From a virus (Duplodnaviria; Caudoviricetes): 64,000 nt of DNA. Where the stretch lies: IMG/VR virus record IMGVR_UViG_3300044644_000283, positions 519 to 64,518 of that record; one strand, 5' to 3'. A program made the translations under genes and the position numbers. The notes under the pieces are model-generated. The model was given only the letters and a program-made list of their open reading frames with translations, was not told the origin of the DNA and made no database searches. Shown piece by piece: positions 44,483 through 54,291 of this stretch (its first letter is position 1; each line of letters opens with the position of its first letter).

Positions 44483-45318
44483 ACTACAGTGAGCTTGTCA
44501 CAGCGGTAAGCGATTACTGCGAAAACACCTTCCCAACCACTGACATGGATACGTTTATCCGTCAGGCGGAGCAACGCATTTACAACACGGTGCAGATTGC
44601 TAACTTGCGGAAGAACGTGACAGGCACGCTGTCTGTAGGCAATAAGTATTTGGCTTGTCCATCTGACTTTCTATCTACATACAGCTTGGCGGTTTATCCG
44701 TACATCAGCACTACGGCCACGGGAACGTCTGCTGAGTTCACCATTGTGGTGGCAAGTGCTACCGGCATAGCCGCAGGTCAGGCTGTCAGCGGAACAAACA
44801 TTCCGTCCGACACCTATGTGCGTTCAGTATCCGGCACTACCGTAACATTGACGCAAGCTAACAGTGGTTCTGTGTCAGGTGCGGTCATCTTCCAAGGCGA
44901 CTATTTGTTCTTGCTAAACAAAGATGTGAACTTCATTCGTGAAGCATATCCAAACACAGCAGGTCGCGGTGAGCCTAAGCACTACGCCATCTTTGGCCCA
45001 CAGTCCAATGATGTAAACGAGTTGTCGTTCATTGTTGGCCCAACACCTAACTTAGCGTACAAAGCTGAGTTGCATTATTACTATTACCCAGAATCAATTG
45101 TTGATGTAAGCACAACATGGCTGGGTGACAACTTTGATTCTGTATTGCTGTACGGAACAATCTGCGAAGCGTTTGTTTACATGCGCCAAGAAGGCGATAT
45201 GGTTAAACTGGCGCAAGATCGCTACGTTCAAGCTGTTGCACTGCTCAAGAACTTGGGTGACGGTAAACAACGCATGGATGCGTACAGAGACGGACAAGTT
45301 AGGGTACAAGTATCATGA
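44479..45318 (+). CDS. Tail tubular/adaptor protein
   Basis: MNYSEL...FIRQAEQRI...PKHYA...GPTP...TWL...LLYG. Confidence 0.7.
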   Translation: MNYSELVTAVSDYCENTFPTTDMDTFIRQAEQRIYNTVQIANLRKNVTGTLSVGNKYLACPSDFLSTYSLAVYPYISTTATGTSAEFTIVVASATGIAAGQAVSGTNIPSDTYVRSVSGTTVTLTQANSGSVSGAVIFQGDYLFLLNKDVNFIREAYPNTAGRGEPKHYAIFGPQSNDVNELSFIVGPTPNLAYKAELHYYYYPESIVDVSTTWLGDNFDSVLLYGTICEAFVYMRQEGDMVKLAQDRYVQAVALLKNLGDGKQRMDAYRDGQVRVQVS

Positions 45319-45767
45319 GCATTCTTCAAACTGCAACTACGAGCTTCAAGGTGGAACTGCTTCAGGCGGTTCACAACTTTGGCCCCACTTCACCAGATAC
45401 ATTCAAAATTGCTTTGTATACGGGTAATGCTGACATCAACGCCAGCACTACTGTTTACACAACAAGCAATGAAGTATCTAGCTCTGGGACAAACTACACG
45501 GCAGGTGGCAATATCTTGACCATCTCCGTGTCACCAACATCGGGTGCTAATTCCAGTGCAGTGCCAACAGCTTACGTTTCGTTTGCCAATTCATCTTGGC
45601 CGTTGGCTACCTTCACCGCCCGTGCAGCTTTGATTTACAACTCTTCAGAGGGTAATAAATCTGTTGCCGTATTGGACTTTGGTGCTGACAAAACAGTGGC
45701 CAACGAAACATTCACAGTTATTTTCCCAACGCCCGATGCCAACAGTGCAATCGTTCGTATCTCTTAA
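45315..45767 (+). CDS. Tail structural protein
   Basis: SFKVELL..HNF...FKIALY...ARAALIYN...VLDFG.DK. Confidence 0.7.
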   Translation: MSILQTATTSFKVELLQAVHNFGPTSPDTFKIALYTGNADINASTTVYTTSNEVSSSGTNYTAGGNILTISVSPTSGANSSAVPTAYVSFANSSWPLATFTARAALIYNSSEGNKSVAVLDFGADKTVANETFTVIFPTPDANSAIVRIS

Positions 45768-45776
45768 GGACGCATC

Positions 45777-46346
45777 ATGAGTACAGAAAAAAGCAAAGCC
45801 CAAGACTCCGTGTCTGCCGGTCTGTTGACATTCCCCAAAAGCGGCGATTCAGCTTCTGCTGGCGGCGTTTACACTGTGACCTGTATTGGCCCTGATGGTG
45901 TTGAGAAGTGGTCAGACACATTCCACAACTTGGTGGTAAACCAAGGTTTGCAGGACATGAACGACAAGTACTTCAAGGCGTCTGGTTATACAGCCGTTTG
46001 GTACTTAGGTTTAGTAGACGGCCCCGGTTCTGGCACAACATACGCTGCTGGTGATACCTTGGCATCTCACGCTGGTTGGACAGAAAACACCGACTACACA
46101 GGTAGCCGCAAGACAGTGACTTTTGGTACACCAACTACCGCTGATCCTTCTGTGGTCAGCAACTCTGCGTCGCCTTCTGCTTTTAGCATTACAGGTACAG
46201 CTACGATTGCAGGCGCTTTCTTGGCATCTACTACTGACAACTCCGGTGTATTGTTCTCTGCTGGTGACTTCACAGGCGGTGACAAGTCTGTTGCCAGCGG
46301 TGACACATTGAACGTTACGTATCAGTTCTCGCTTGACGCTGCTTAA
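45777..46346 (+). CDS. Tail structural protein
   Basis: W.D...NLVVN.G...GDTLNVTY. Confidence 0.7.
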   Translation: MSTEKSKAQDSVSAGLLTFPKSGDSASAGGVYTVTCIGPDGVEKWSDTFHNLVVNQGLQDMNDKYFKASGYTAVWYLGLVDGPGSGTTYAAGDTLASHAGWTENTDYTGSRKTVTFGTPTTADPSVVSNSASPSAFSITGTATIAGAFLASTTDNSGVLFSAGDFTGGDKSVASGDTLNVTYQFSLDAA

Positions 46347-46357
46347 TAGGTTGAGCG

Positions 46358-47074
46358 GTGTTTGGAGATGTAACATTTGCGCAGTCTCCCTTCGCCTCTT
46401 TGGGCGGGGCTACGTATGGCGTTGATGTCTCTGAATCCGCTACCGCTAACGCAACACAAACACTGCTAACTACCTTTGGTGGTACGGCGGCAGAAACGGC
46501 TACGGCTACAGCCATTCAATCTGCTATTGCAAATATGTACGCTGTACGGGCGGAGACAGCCACAGCTACAGCAACCTTTGACACAGCAAATAACGTCTTT
46601 AACATCTCGATCTCTGAGTCGGCCACAGGTACAGCCACAAACAGTGCGGCATCGACTATTGTTGCGGCAATTGCTGAAGCTGCTACAGGTTCTGACTCCT
46701 ACATATCCCAAGCTGACTTTGCTGCTTTGGTGGAAGAAATGGGTCTGGTGTTTGACCAGTTTACGTTTGCTAAATTTGTTAATGCTAATATTGCCGAAAG
46801 TGCTACAGCTACTGAAAGCTTGCCAGTTAGAGTCATCTTTGCGGCGACAATGGCTGAAGGTGCAACCGGTTCTGATACTTATTCACAGGTCAGAGAAATC
46901 AATGCACGGCCATCTGGTATTCAGCTTTATGTAAACATTGGTAATGTGTTGGTCTGGGCGGAAATTGATGACAGCCAGACTCCAAACTGGCAAAATATCA
47001 CCAATACTCAGAGTAGTGGTTGGACTGATATAGACGATGAACAAAACCCCGGTTGGACGAACATCCCATCGTAA
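46358..47074 (+). CDS. Tail protein with E(S/T)ATA repeats
   Basis: MFG..FAQSPFASL; roughly 20-aa repeats; Trp-spaced C-terminus. Confidence 0.65.
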   Translation: MFGDVTFAQSPFASLGGATYGVDVSESATANATQTLLTTFGGTAAETATATAIQSAIANMYAVRAETATATATFDTANNVFNISISESATGTATNSAASTIVAAIAEAATGSDSYISQADFAALVEEMGLVFDQFTFAKFVNANIAESATATESLPVRVIFAATMAEGATGSDTYSQVREINARPSGIQLYVNIGNVLVWAEIDDSQTPNWQNITNTQSSGWTDIDDEQNPGWTNIPS

Positions 47075-47083
47075 GGATTAAAA

Positions 47084-48664
47084 ATGGCGTTAGTACTAAA
47101 AGATCGGGTCAAAGAGACGTCCACAACGGCAGGGACAGGGACTATTACGCTTGATGGCGCAGTCACAGGTTTCCAAGCATTTTCCGCAGTTGGTGACGGA
47201 AATACAACGTATTACGCAATCGTAGACAACGCGACAGGCGCATGGGAAGTGGGTGTGGGTACATACACATCTTCCGGCACTACGCTGTCCCGTGATACGG
47301 TTCTGTCCTCTAGCAATTCTGGTTCTTTAGTGTCGTTCACATCCAACCCCAAGGATGTGTTTGTTACTTACCCTTCTGAAAAGTCTGTTTACGAAGATAC
47401 GGCTAACGTTGTCGTGCAGACCTCTTATGGTGCAATCACCGCTACTTCTGCGGCGCTGACTACCGGCACGGTATCCACTACGCCTGCGGCCAACACAGAT
47501 ATTGCCAACAAGCAGTATGTGGACGGTTTGGTCACTCAAGGTATTTCGTACCATGAGCCTGTCTACGTTGAATCCCCCAACACTACGGGCAATCTGAATG
47601 CCACGTACAACAACGGCGCGTCTGGTGTCGGTGCTACCCTGACCAATGCAGGTACGCAAGTTGCGTTGACTGTTGACGGCATCTTGATGACGGTTGGCAA
47701 GCGAGTCTTGGTCTATAACCAGACCAATCAGGCTGAAAACGGTGTGTACGAAGTCACCACTGTAGGTGACGGCTCGACTAACTGGGTGCTGACTCGCACA
47801 ACAGATGCTGACACGTATGGTGTCCGTGACCCTAATGCGCTGGGCTACAACGACGCTTTCTTTGTCACTAACGGCAATACAGGTGCGGGCGAGACTTATG
47901 TCTGCACAACCACCGGCACAATCACGTTCGGCACGACGGCCATCACGTTTGCCCAGATTAGTTCTGCGCAGGTCTACACTGCTGGCACAGGTTTAAACCT
48001 GTCTCCTGCCACCACGTTTAACATTTCTAACACTGGCGTAACAGCGGCCACATACGGCTCAGCTTCTGCGGTTCCTGTGTTTGCTGTAAACGCCCAAGGG
48101 CAACTTACTTCTGTAACTGATACCAATATTGCAATCACAGGATCGCAGGTATCGGGCAATATCTCTGGATCGGCTGGGTCTGTGGCAAATGCGCTGACGT
48201 TGGGTACGTACCTGACTGGCACAAGTTTTAACGGCTCTGCTGCTGTAACAGCAACCGTTGACGCGACTTCTGCAAACACAGCCTCTAAGGTTGTAGCGCG
48301 AGATTCTTCTGGCGACTTTTCTGCTGGAACAATCACTGCGGCTTTAGCAGGTAACGCAACCACTGCAACAACTGCTACAAATGTAGCGGGCGGAGCGGCC
48401 AATCAGCTTGTCTACCAGTCAAGTTCTGGCACATCCACATTTGCTACGGCTCCTACAACATCAAGCACGTATTTGTACTGGAACGGTTCAGCGTTTGCTT
48501 GGGGCGCTGTGGCGCAGGAAGCGCCCGTGTCTTTGAATGATATTGTCATCAGTAACAACTACACATTCCCAGCAAACAAAAATGCGATCAGTGTCGGGCC
48601 TGTGACTGTGGGTTCTGGCGTAACTGTTACCGTCGGCAGCGGTCAGCGTTGGCTGATTGTTTAA
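47084..48664 (+). CDS. Tail fibre protein
   Basis: LKDRVKETSTT.GTG N-terminus; ANKQYVD; C-terminal SVGP.T..TV.SGQRW. Confidence 0.75.
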   Translation: MALVLKDRVKETSTTAGTGTITLDGAVTGFQAFSAVGDGNTTYYAIVDNATGAWEVGVGTYTSSGTTLSRDTVLSSSNSGSLVSFTSNPKDVFVTYPSEKSVYEDTANVVVQTSYGAITATSAALTTGTVSTTPAANTDIANKQYVDGLVTQGISYHEPVYVESPNTTGNLNATYNNGASGVGATLTNAGTQVALTVDGILMTVGKRVLVYNQTNQAENGVYEVTTVGDGSTNWVLTRTTDADTYGVRDPNALGYNDAFFVTNGNTGAGETYVCTTTGTITFGTTAITFAQISSAQVYTAGTGLNLSPATTFNISNTGVTAATYGSASAVPVFAVNAQGQLTSVTDTNIAITGSQVSGNISGSAGSVANALTLGTYLTGTSFNGSAAVTATVDATSANTASKVVARDSSGDFSAGTITAALAGNATTATTATNVAGGAANQLVYQSSSGTSTFATAPTTSSTYLYWNGSAFAWGAVAQEAPVSLNDIVISNNYTFPANKNAISVGPVTVGSGVTVTVGSGQRWLIV

Positions 48665-48673
48665 GGAGTAAAC

Positions 48674-49540
48674 ATGGCGGTCGTAAATTACACCCCTCTA
48701 CTTGGACTGGCTCTCCCTACTACGGGCGATCTGGTTGGTATTTGGGGAACCACAGTCAACACTGCGCTGACATCTTTGCTGGACACGGCCATTGCTGGTA
48801 CGACCACACTGAGCACAGACGCAGACGTTACCCTGTCTGATACGGACGGCACAGCTAACCAAGCGCGTTCGGCCATCATTAACTGGACGGCATCGGGTAC
48901 GGTAACTCGTAACATCACAGCGCCAGCGGCCAGCAAAATCTACATTGTGTTTAACAACACAGGTAGCACCCAGTCAATTGTGTTCCGTGGCACAGGCCCA
49001 ACTACAGGCGTAACCATTCTTGCAGGCGACCAAGCTATGGTGGCTTGGAACGGCTCTGACTTTGAAAAGGTTGGAGGCGGTAACGCTGGTGGTTCTAACA
49101 CTCAGGTGCAGTTTAATAACAGCGGTAGTTTCTCAGGTTCATCTGGTCTGACTTGGAACGGCACGACTCTTACGGCCACAAACCTGTCTGCCCAGTCATT
49201 GAGCTTGACTACTACGCCTTTGGCTATTGCTTCAGGCGGCACTAACTCTACAGCTACACCTACATTGGGCGGTGTTGGCTACGGTACTGGCACTGCTCAC
49301 GCATACACGGCGGCAGGCACATCAGGTAAAGTTTTGACATCTAACGGAGCGGCGGCTCCAACATGGGAAGACACGGTAGCCCCAGTAGTAGCTGGTGGTG
49401 CACTGCTGACCAATACAGACACAGTGACTGAGAGCTATGTCATTCCTGTGGGCACAAACGCATTCTCCGTAGGGCCGATCACGATTGCGGACACCTACAC
49501 CGTTACAGTATCATCCGGACAAAGGTGGGTAGTTATATGA
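48674..49540 (+). CDS. Tail fibre/adaptor protein
   Basis: WG.TVN; GSNTQVQFN; same C-terminal motif as the upstream gene. Confidence 0.7.
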   Translation: MAVVNYTPLLGLALPTTGDLVGIWGTTVNTALTSLLDTAIAGTTTLSTDADVTLSDTDGTANQARSAIINWTASGTVTRNITAPAASKIYIVFNNTGSTQSIVFRGTGPTTGVTILAGDQAMVAWNGSDFEKVGGGNAGGSNTQVQFNNSGSFSGSSGLTWNGTTLTATNLSAQSLSLTTTPLAIASGGTNSTATPTLGGVGYGTGTAHAYTAAGTSGKVLTSNGAAAPTWEDTVAPVVAGGALLTNTDTVTESYVIPVGTNAFSVGPITIADTYTVTVSSGQRWVVI

Positions 49541-50109
49541 GTATCATTGCAGCAGGAACAACGACCACGACTGCTCTGAGCAGTACAGGCAATACCGACG
49601 GCACGTTGCAGTTCCAAGTTAACGGCACAACCGCTTCAGTCACGCTCAATACCCTTGGCGCTATTGGTGTTGGTTCTTCACCTTCATACGGATCGTCTGG
49701 TCAAGTATTGACTTCAGCAGGTTCCACGGCTGCTCCAGCTTGGGCGGCGGCTCCAGCAGGCGGCAACACCTCTAGCAACATTGGCTACTTGAACATTCCT
49801 CAGAACATTCAAGCCGGTAGCTACACATTGGTGCTTGGCGATTCGGGCTACCACATCTATCACGCTCTTGGCGCAGGTGCTGCAACGTACACAATCCCAG
49901 CTAACGCATCGGTGGCATACCCAATTGGAACGGCAATTACGTTTGTAAATATGTCAGCAACGGCCATCAGTATTGCCATTACATCAGACACAATGTATCT
50001 AAGTTCTGCCGGTACGACAGGCACACGCACATTGGCTCAGTATGGATCGGCCACGGCAATCAAACTGACAAGCACAACATGGCTCATTAGCGGGAGCGGT
50101 TTGACATGA
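49537..50109 (+). CDS. Tail fibre protein
   Basis: GQVLTSAG..AP.W; YTIPANASVAYPIGT..WLISGSGLT. Confidence 0.7.
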   Translation: MSIIAAGTTTTTALSSTGNTDGTLQFQVNGTTASVTLNTLGAIGVGSSPSYGSSGQVLTSAGSTAAPAWAAAPAGGNTSSNIGYLNIPQNIQAGSYTLVLGDSGYHIYHALGAGAATYTIPANASVAYPIGTAITFVNMSATAISIAITSDTMYLSSAGTTGTRTLAQYGSATAIKLTSTTWLISGSGLT

Positions 50110-50957
50110 GCGGCGCATTGCAAGCTGTTTTTCAAAATCAAAGGTCTTTTACAACCCCTGCGGGCCAAATTTCCTATACAACCGCCGGAACTTATTCATG
50201 GGTTGCGCCTGCTAATGTCACAAGTGTCAGTGTGTTTGTAATTGGCGGCGGCGCTGGCGCTTCGGATGGTAACGGTGGTGGTGGCGGCGGGTCTTCCTAT
50301 AAAAATAGCATCACGGTCACGCCCGGCAATTCATATACAGTTCAAGTGGGTGCGGGGGGTGCTGGTTCTGCCTCAACACCGGGAAATGGTGGAGAAAGCT
50401 ATTTCATCAATACGTCAACCGTTGGAACTACAACAACAGTACGAACATCCGGCGGTGTTGGTACTGGCACTGGTGCCACAACAAATTACGGCGGCGAAGG
50501 CTCTTATGCTGGCGGGGGCGCTGGTGGTTACACAGGCCCGGGCGGAAGAGGTGCTGGGCCAACCGCTGGAAATGGTTTTGCAAGTACAGGCGGGGGCGGT
50601 GGCGGTGGCGCTACTGGAAAAAGTAACAGTTTAGGTTTAGGCGCAGGTGGCGGCGGTGCTACGGGCTTGTTGGGTAATGGCGCTAATGGTGCAGGCGGAA
50701 TCAACACTGGTCAAACCAGTCGTGGCGGTGGCGGCGGTTCAGGCGGTGCAACAGGTGGCCAAGGTACTTCGTTTCAAGGAGGCAATGGTGCGGCACCGGG
50801 CGGCGGCGGCGGTGCAGGCAGTTATCAATATGTGACTTGCTGTTGCTTTGTTCAAGGTTTTGGCGGTGCTGGAGCCGCTGGTGCAGTTCGCATTATCTGG
50901 GCTGGTCAATCAGGCATCACTAGAGAATATCCATCAACAAACACAGGTGACTTGTAA
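50106..50957 (+). CDS. Glycine-rich adhesin-like protein
   Basis: VTSVSV..IGGGAG; polyglycine motifs; GAVRIIW. Confidence 0.7.
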   Translation: MSGALQAVFQNQRSFTTPAGQISYTTAGTYSWVAPANVTSVSVFVIGGGAGASDGNGGGGGGSSYKNSITVTPGNSYTVQVGAGGAGSASTPGNGGESYFINTSTVGTTTTVRTSGGVGTGTGATTNYGGEGSYAGGGAGGYTGPGGRGAGPTAGNGFASTGGGGGGGATGKSNSLGLGAGGGGATGLLGNGANGAGGINTGQTSRGGGGGSGGATGGQGTSFQGGNGAAPGGGGGAGSYQYVTCCCFVQGFGGAGAAGAVRIIWAGQSGITREYPSTNTGDL

Positions 50958-51331
50958 TGGAACTTTATATTCGTATTGTTGACGGACAGCCTTTTGAACA
51001 CCCCATCATGGGTGACAACTTTCGCGAGGCTTTTCCTGACGTAGATGTTGAGAGCTTGCCTCCTGAGTTTTCTCGCTTCGAGCGCGTTGATAAGCCGACA
51101 CTTGGTGTCTATGAGGTCTATGTTGGTGTGACCTACGAGTTTCACGACAACGTTTGGAAAGACGTTCATCACGTCCGTGCAATGACGGCTGAGGAGAAGG
51201 CTGAACAAATTGCAGTCGTGTTAGCCAAACCTCATCCAGATGGCTGGGTATTTGATGAGGAACGATGTGCATGGGTTCCAGACAGACCAAGTACAAAACT
51301 TTCCGGAGCAGCCCCAAATGTTATCGGTTAA
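50957..51331 (+). CDS. Small fibre-associated protein
   Basis: Coupled after the Gly-rich gene; W.FDE..C.W. Confidence 0.6.
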   Translation: MELYIRIVDGQPFEHPIMGDNFREAFPDVDVESLPPEFSRFERVDKPTLGVYEVYVGVTYEFHDNVWKDVHHVRAMTAEEKAEQIAVVLAKPHPDGWVFDEERCAWVPDRPSTKLSGAAPNVIG

Positions 51332-51620
51332 ACAACTTGAAAACCTTGGCGATCTTCGTGGGGCAATGTATGACTTTGAAAAGGCTGGCGACGTTCTTCC
51401 AAAACACAACCACACAGAGAACGATGTGCACATCACGATTGTTGCCCGTGGCAAGATTAAGGCTTACAGCCACGACTGGTCAATGGAAGCAACGCCCGGT
51501 CAGCTTCTTGATTTTCGTCCCGGTGAGCCGCACGAATTGATGGCTTTGGAAGATGGGACTAGAATCTTCAATATTGTGAAAAAGTTTGGCGGTCAGTTAA
51601 ATGACTACGCACAGGAGTAA
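51318..51620 (+). CDS. Cupin-fold protein
   Basis: PKHNH...HITIVARG...PH...ALED. Confidence 0.75.
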   Translation: MLSVKQLENLGDLRGAMYDFEKAGDVLPKHNHTENDVHITIVARGKIKAYSHDWSMEATPGQLLDFRPGEPHELMALEDGTRIFNIVKKFGGQLNDYAQE

Positions 51621-51623
51621 ACG

Positions 51624-52451
51624 ATGTCAGTAACAATTAACGGTAGCAACACACCCACGGCTGGCGGCGTAACGTACGGCGACGGGACAACGTATGCAAC
51701 AACAACGGCTGGATCTGCTGGTGGCGTTTTGTATTCTGCGGGTTCCAGTGCACCTGCATTTACAGCGGCGGGGACTTCTGGTCAGGTGCTGACTTCGGCT
51801 GGTGCTTCTGCACCTACTTGGTCAACTATTAGTGCTTCTCCCATTCCGACAATTGTTGTGTTAACAAGCGGAACTTCTTGGACAGCCCCTGCGGGCGTGA
51901 CAAAAATTAAAGTTACCGCTACTGGTGGTGGGGGTGGTAGTGGTGGGTTAAGCGGAACTAATCGCGGTTCTGGTGGCGGAGGTGCTGGTGGAACAGCTAT
52001 TAAAATTTTCACCGTTGTTGCTGGCAATTCTTATACATATGCAGTAGGTAGCGGTGGTGGTGGGGGCGCGGCTGGATCAGGCGGCTCTAATGGGGGCAGT
52101 ACAACGTTTACAGTAGGCGCTACAACAATTACGGGCAGCGGCGGTTCTGCTGGACGCACTTATGGCACAGGCACAACTTCTCCCGGAGGGAGTGCAACAA
52201 ACGGCGACTTGAATTTGACTGGCGGGGGTGGCGGTACATATACCGGGGGCACCGCAAACCCACCAAATATTGGCGCTGGCGCTGGCGGCGTATCTTTTTG
52301 GGGTGGTGGTGGCTCTAGTTTAACAACGTTTGACAGTAGTACAGGTGCATCCGCCGCTTATGGTTCTGGGGCTTCAGGATCTACTTCTGGCGGTTCGACA
52401 TCCTATAGTGGTGGCTCTGGGGCGGATGGCGTTATTGTTATTGAGTATTGA
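51624..52451 (+). CDS. Glycine-rich tail fibre protein
   Basis: WTAPAGVTKIKV..TGGGG; GADGVIVIEY. Confidence 0.7.
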   Translation: MSVTINGSNTPTAGGVTYGDGTTYATTTAGSAGGVLYSAGSSAPAFTAAGTSGQVLTSAGASAPTWSTISASPIPTIVVLTSGTSWTAPAGVTKIKVTATGGGGGSGGLSGTNRGSGGGGAGGTAIKIFTVVAGNSYTYAVGSGGGGGAAGSGGSNGGSTTFTVGATTITGSGGSAGRTYGTGTTSPGGSATNGDLNLTGGGGGTYTGGTANPPNIGAGAGGVSFWGGGGSSLTTFDSSTGASAAYGSGASGSTSGGSTSYSGGSGADGVIVIEY

Positions 52452-52461
52452 GGACTAAACC

Positions 52462-52707
52462 ATGCCAAATTATGCAGTTATTGAAAACGGCAAAGTAGTA
52501 AATATGTGCGTTGCCACTCCATCAGATACTAAACCCAGTAATTGGGTTTTGTGTGAATCTGGCGGGATTGGTTGGGAATATATTAACGGCCAATTTGTGG
52601 ACAATCGCCCAGCACCAGAACCAATCGCGGTTCCCGTAGATCCAACCAAAGAAGAACTGCTTGCCGAGTTGCAGGCTCTCACAGCTAAAATTAACGCACT
52701 GGGGTAA
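52462..52707 (+). CDS. Small fibre-associated protein
   Basis: YAVIENG.V.N...GIGW.Y..G.F; PTKEELLA.L. Confidence 0.65.
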   Translation: MPNYAVIENGKVVNMCVATPSDTKPSNWVLCESGGIGWEYINGQFVDNRPAPEPIAVPVDPTKEELLAELQALTAKINALG

Positions 52708-52710
52708 CAC

Positions 52711-52995
52711 ATGGCCGCAACGATAAATTCTGATAATGGCGTAGTTTCTGGATCGGCTGGATTAAAGTCGACGGCTGACACTTCGGGTGTTTTGGCATTG
52801 CAATCCAACGGCACTACGGGCCTGACGCTTAATACGTCTTTGGCTATTGGTGTGGGTTCATCTCCAAGTTATGGTACAACGGGGCAGTTGCTGACTTCAG
52901 CAGGTTCAGGTTCTCCCCCTACTTGGTCTGACGCTCCCGCTGGCACGGCCATTGGTCTGGTTCGCGCAATCTCAATTAACTGTATTCTTTGCTAA
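52711..52995 (+). CDS. Short fibre adaptor protein
   Basis: Shares AIGVGSSPSYG..GQ.LTSAGS with the 49537 gene. Confidence 0.65.
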   Translation: MAATINSDNGVVSGSAGLKSTADTSGVLALQSNGTTGLTLNTSLAIGVGSSPSYGTTGQLLTSAGSGSPPTWSDAPAGTAIGLVRAISINCILC

Positions 52996-53004
52996 AGGAA
53001 AATC

Positions 53005-53442
53005 ATGCCCGCAAATACCTCTCCCATTTATTCCATCGTTGGTGATGTTGACTCAGTAGCATCCAACAACTCTGGTCTGGTTGTTGGCCCAACAGCCAAC
53101 ACTGCATTGGACGGCTCCGGCACAATGTACAAAGCATTCACTGCTGGTACTAACGGCTCTTACGTTCAGAAGGTTCGCTTTCGTCCAGTAGGCTCACCAG
53201 CGGCAACAGTTTGCCGCGTGTTCATTTCATCTAGCACCACAACAAGCGCAACAGCTACATGGCTGTATGATGAGATCACATTGCCTGCTGTGACGTTGTC
53301 TCAGGTCGCCGCATCAAGTGTGTTTGAGTTGCCGATTAACGTGGCGCTTGACCCAAGCTATTTGCTGTATGTGACTTTCGGCACATCGACTGGCTCGACT
53401 GGTACTGGTTATTCTGTGGTGACAATCGCTGGAGATTACTAA
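53005..53442 (+). CDS. Tail fibre-associated beta protein
   Basis: MPANTSPIY...C-terminal GDY. Confidence 0.6.
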   Translation: MPANTSPIYSIVGDVDSVASNNSGLVVGPTANTALDGSGTMYKAFTAGTNGSYVQKVRFRPVGSPAATVCRVFISSSTTTSATATWLYDEITLPAVTLSQVAASSVFELPINVALDPSYLLYVTFGTSTGSTGTGYSVVTIAGDY

Positions 53443-53443
53443 A

Positions 53444-53635
53444 ATGATCACATGGTTTGAAATCACTTTCTCTGATGGCTCTATGGGCTATCAAAGAATG
53501 GAAGACGGCTGGACAACAGGTGTGTACCGTGCTGATGGCACTTTGCTGTCGCCTGAAGAACACGTTGAATACACCTGCACAAACGACAACGCTACAGCGC
53601 CAGCTTGGCACGTTGAGCCTACACCAGAAGCATAA
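53444..53635 (+). CDS. Hypothetical protein
   Basis: Fills the operon gap. Confidence 0.55.
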   Translation: MITWFEITFSDGSMGYQRMEDGWTTGVYRADGTLLSPEEHVEYTCTNDNATAPAWHVEPTPEA

Positions 53636-53637
53636 AG

Positions 53638-54291
53638 ATGTTTCCATTCCCCATCGCCAAACCGCAGAAGTGCGACATCCAGACCTTTTATGGAATGGAT
53701 GACGGAAATTTAAGCACACAAGTGTGGAATAAACCCGTTGGCGTAAGCCATGTTTATATGTTGTTAATCGGTGCTGGTGGTAATGGAGATGGAACAAATG
53801 GTGGTGGTTCTGGCGCAGTCACTGTTTGGTACGGCGCAGCACAACACGTTCCAAATAATTTAATAGTTGTTGTCCCAAATAATTCGAATGGCTACAACAC
53901 TACTGTTTTTTACAACGGAAAAGCAAACTATCAAATTTTATTAGTCGCAAATAATGGAAGCGGCGCAGTTGCTGGTTCAGGAAATACTCCGGGGCCGTTT
54001 GGCGCGTCTGGTTTTTTTAAATCAATTGCTGGTCAAGATGGTACAAGCAGTGCAAATACTGCTTCAACCACAACATTTTTAAGCGGTGCGGGTACTGGTT
54101 CAACATCAACATCAAATTATGGTTATGTGAATAAACAAGCCGCCCCCAACTACACGCATGGGTATTTTCTAATGCAACCAATCATTGTTGGTGTTGCGGG
54201 TATCAATGATGGTGATGGTGGTATTGGTTGTGGCGGTGCGGCGGCTAGTGCTAAAGGCGGCCCCGGCATGGTTTTGATTGCGAGTTGGTAA
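53638..54291 (+). CDS. Glycine-rich adhesin paralog 1
   Basis: W.KP.G...LIGAGG; TTFLSG; QPIIVG; ends in Trp. Confidence 0.7.
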   Translation: MFPFPIAKPQKCDIQTFYGMDDGNLSTQVWNKPVGVSHVYMLLIGAGGNGDGTNGGGSGAVTVWYGAAQHVPNNLIVVVPNNSNGYNTTVFYNGKANYQILLVANNGSGAVAGSGNTPGPFGASGFFKSIAGQDGTSSANTASTTTFLSGAGTGSTSTSNYGYVNKQAAPNYTHGYFLMQPIIVGVAGINDGDGGIGCGGAAASAKGGPGMVLIASW

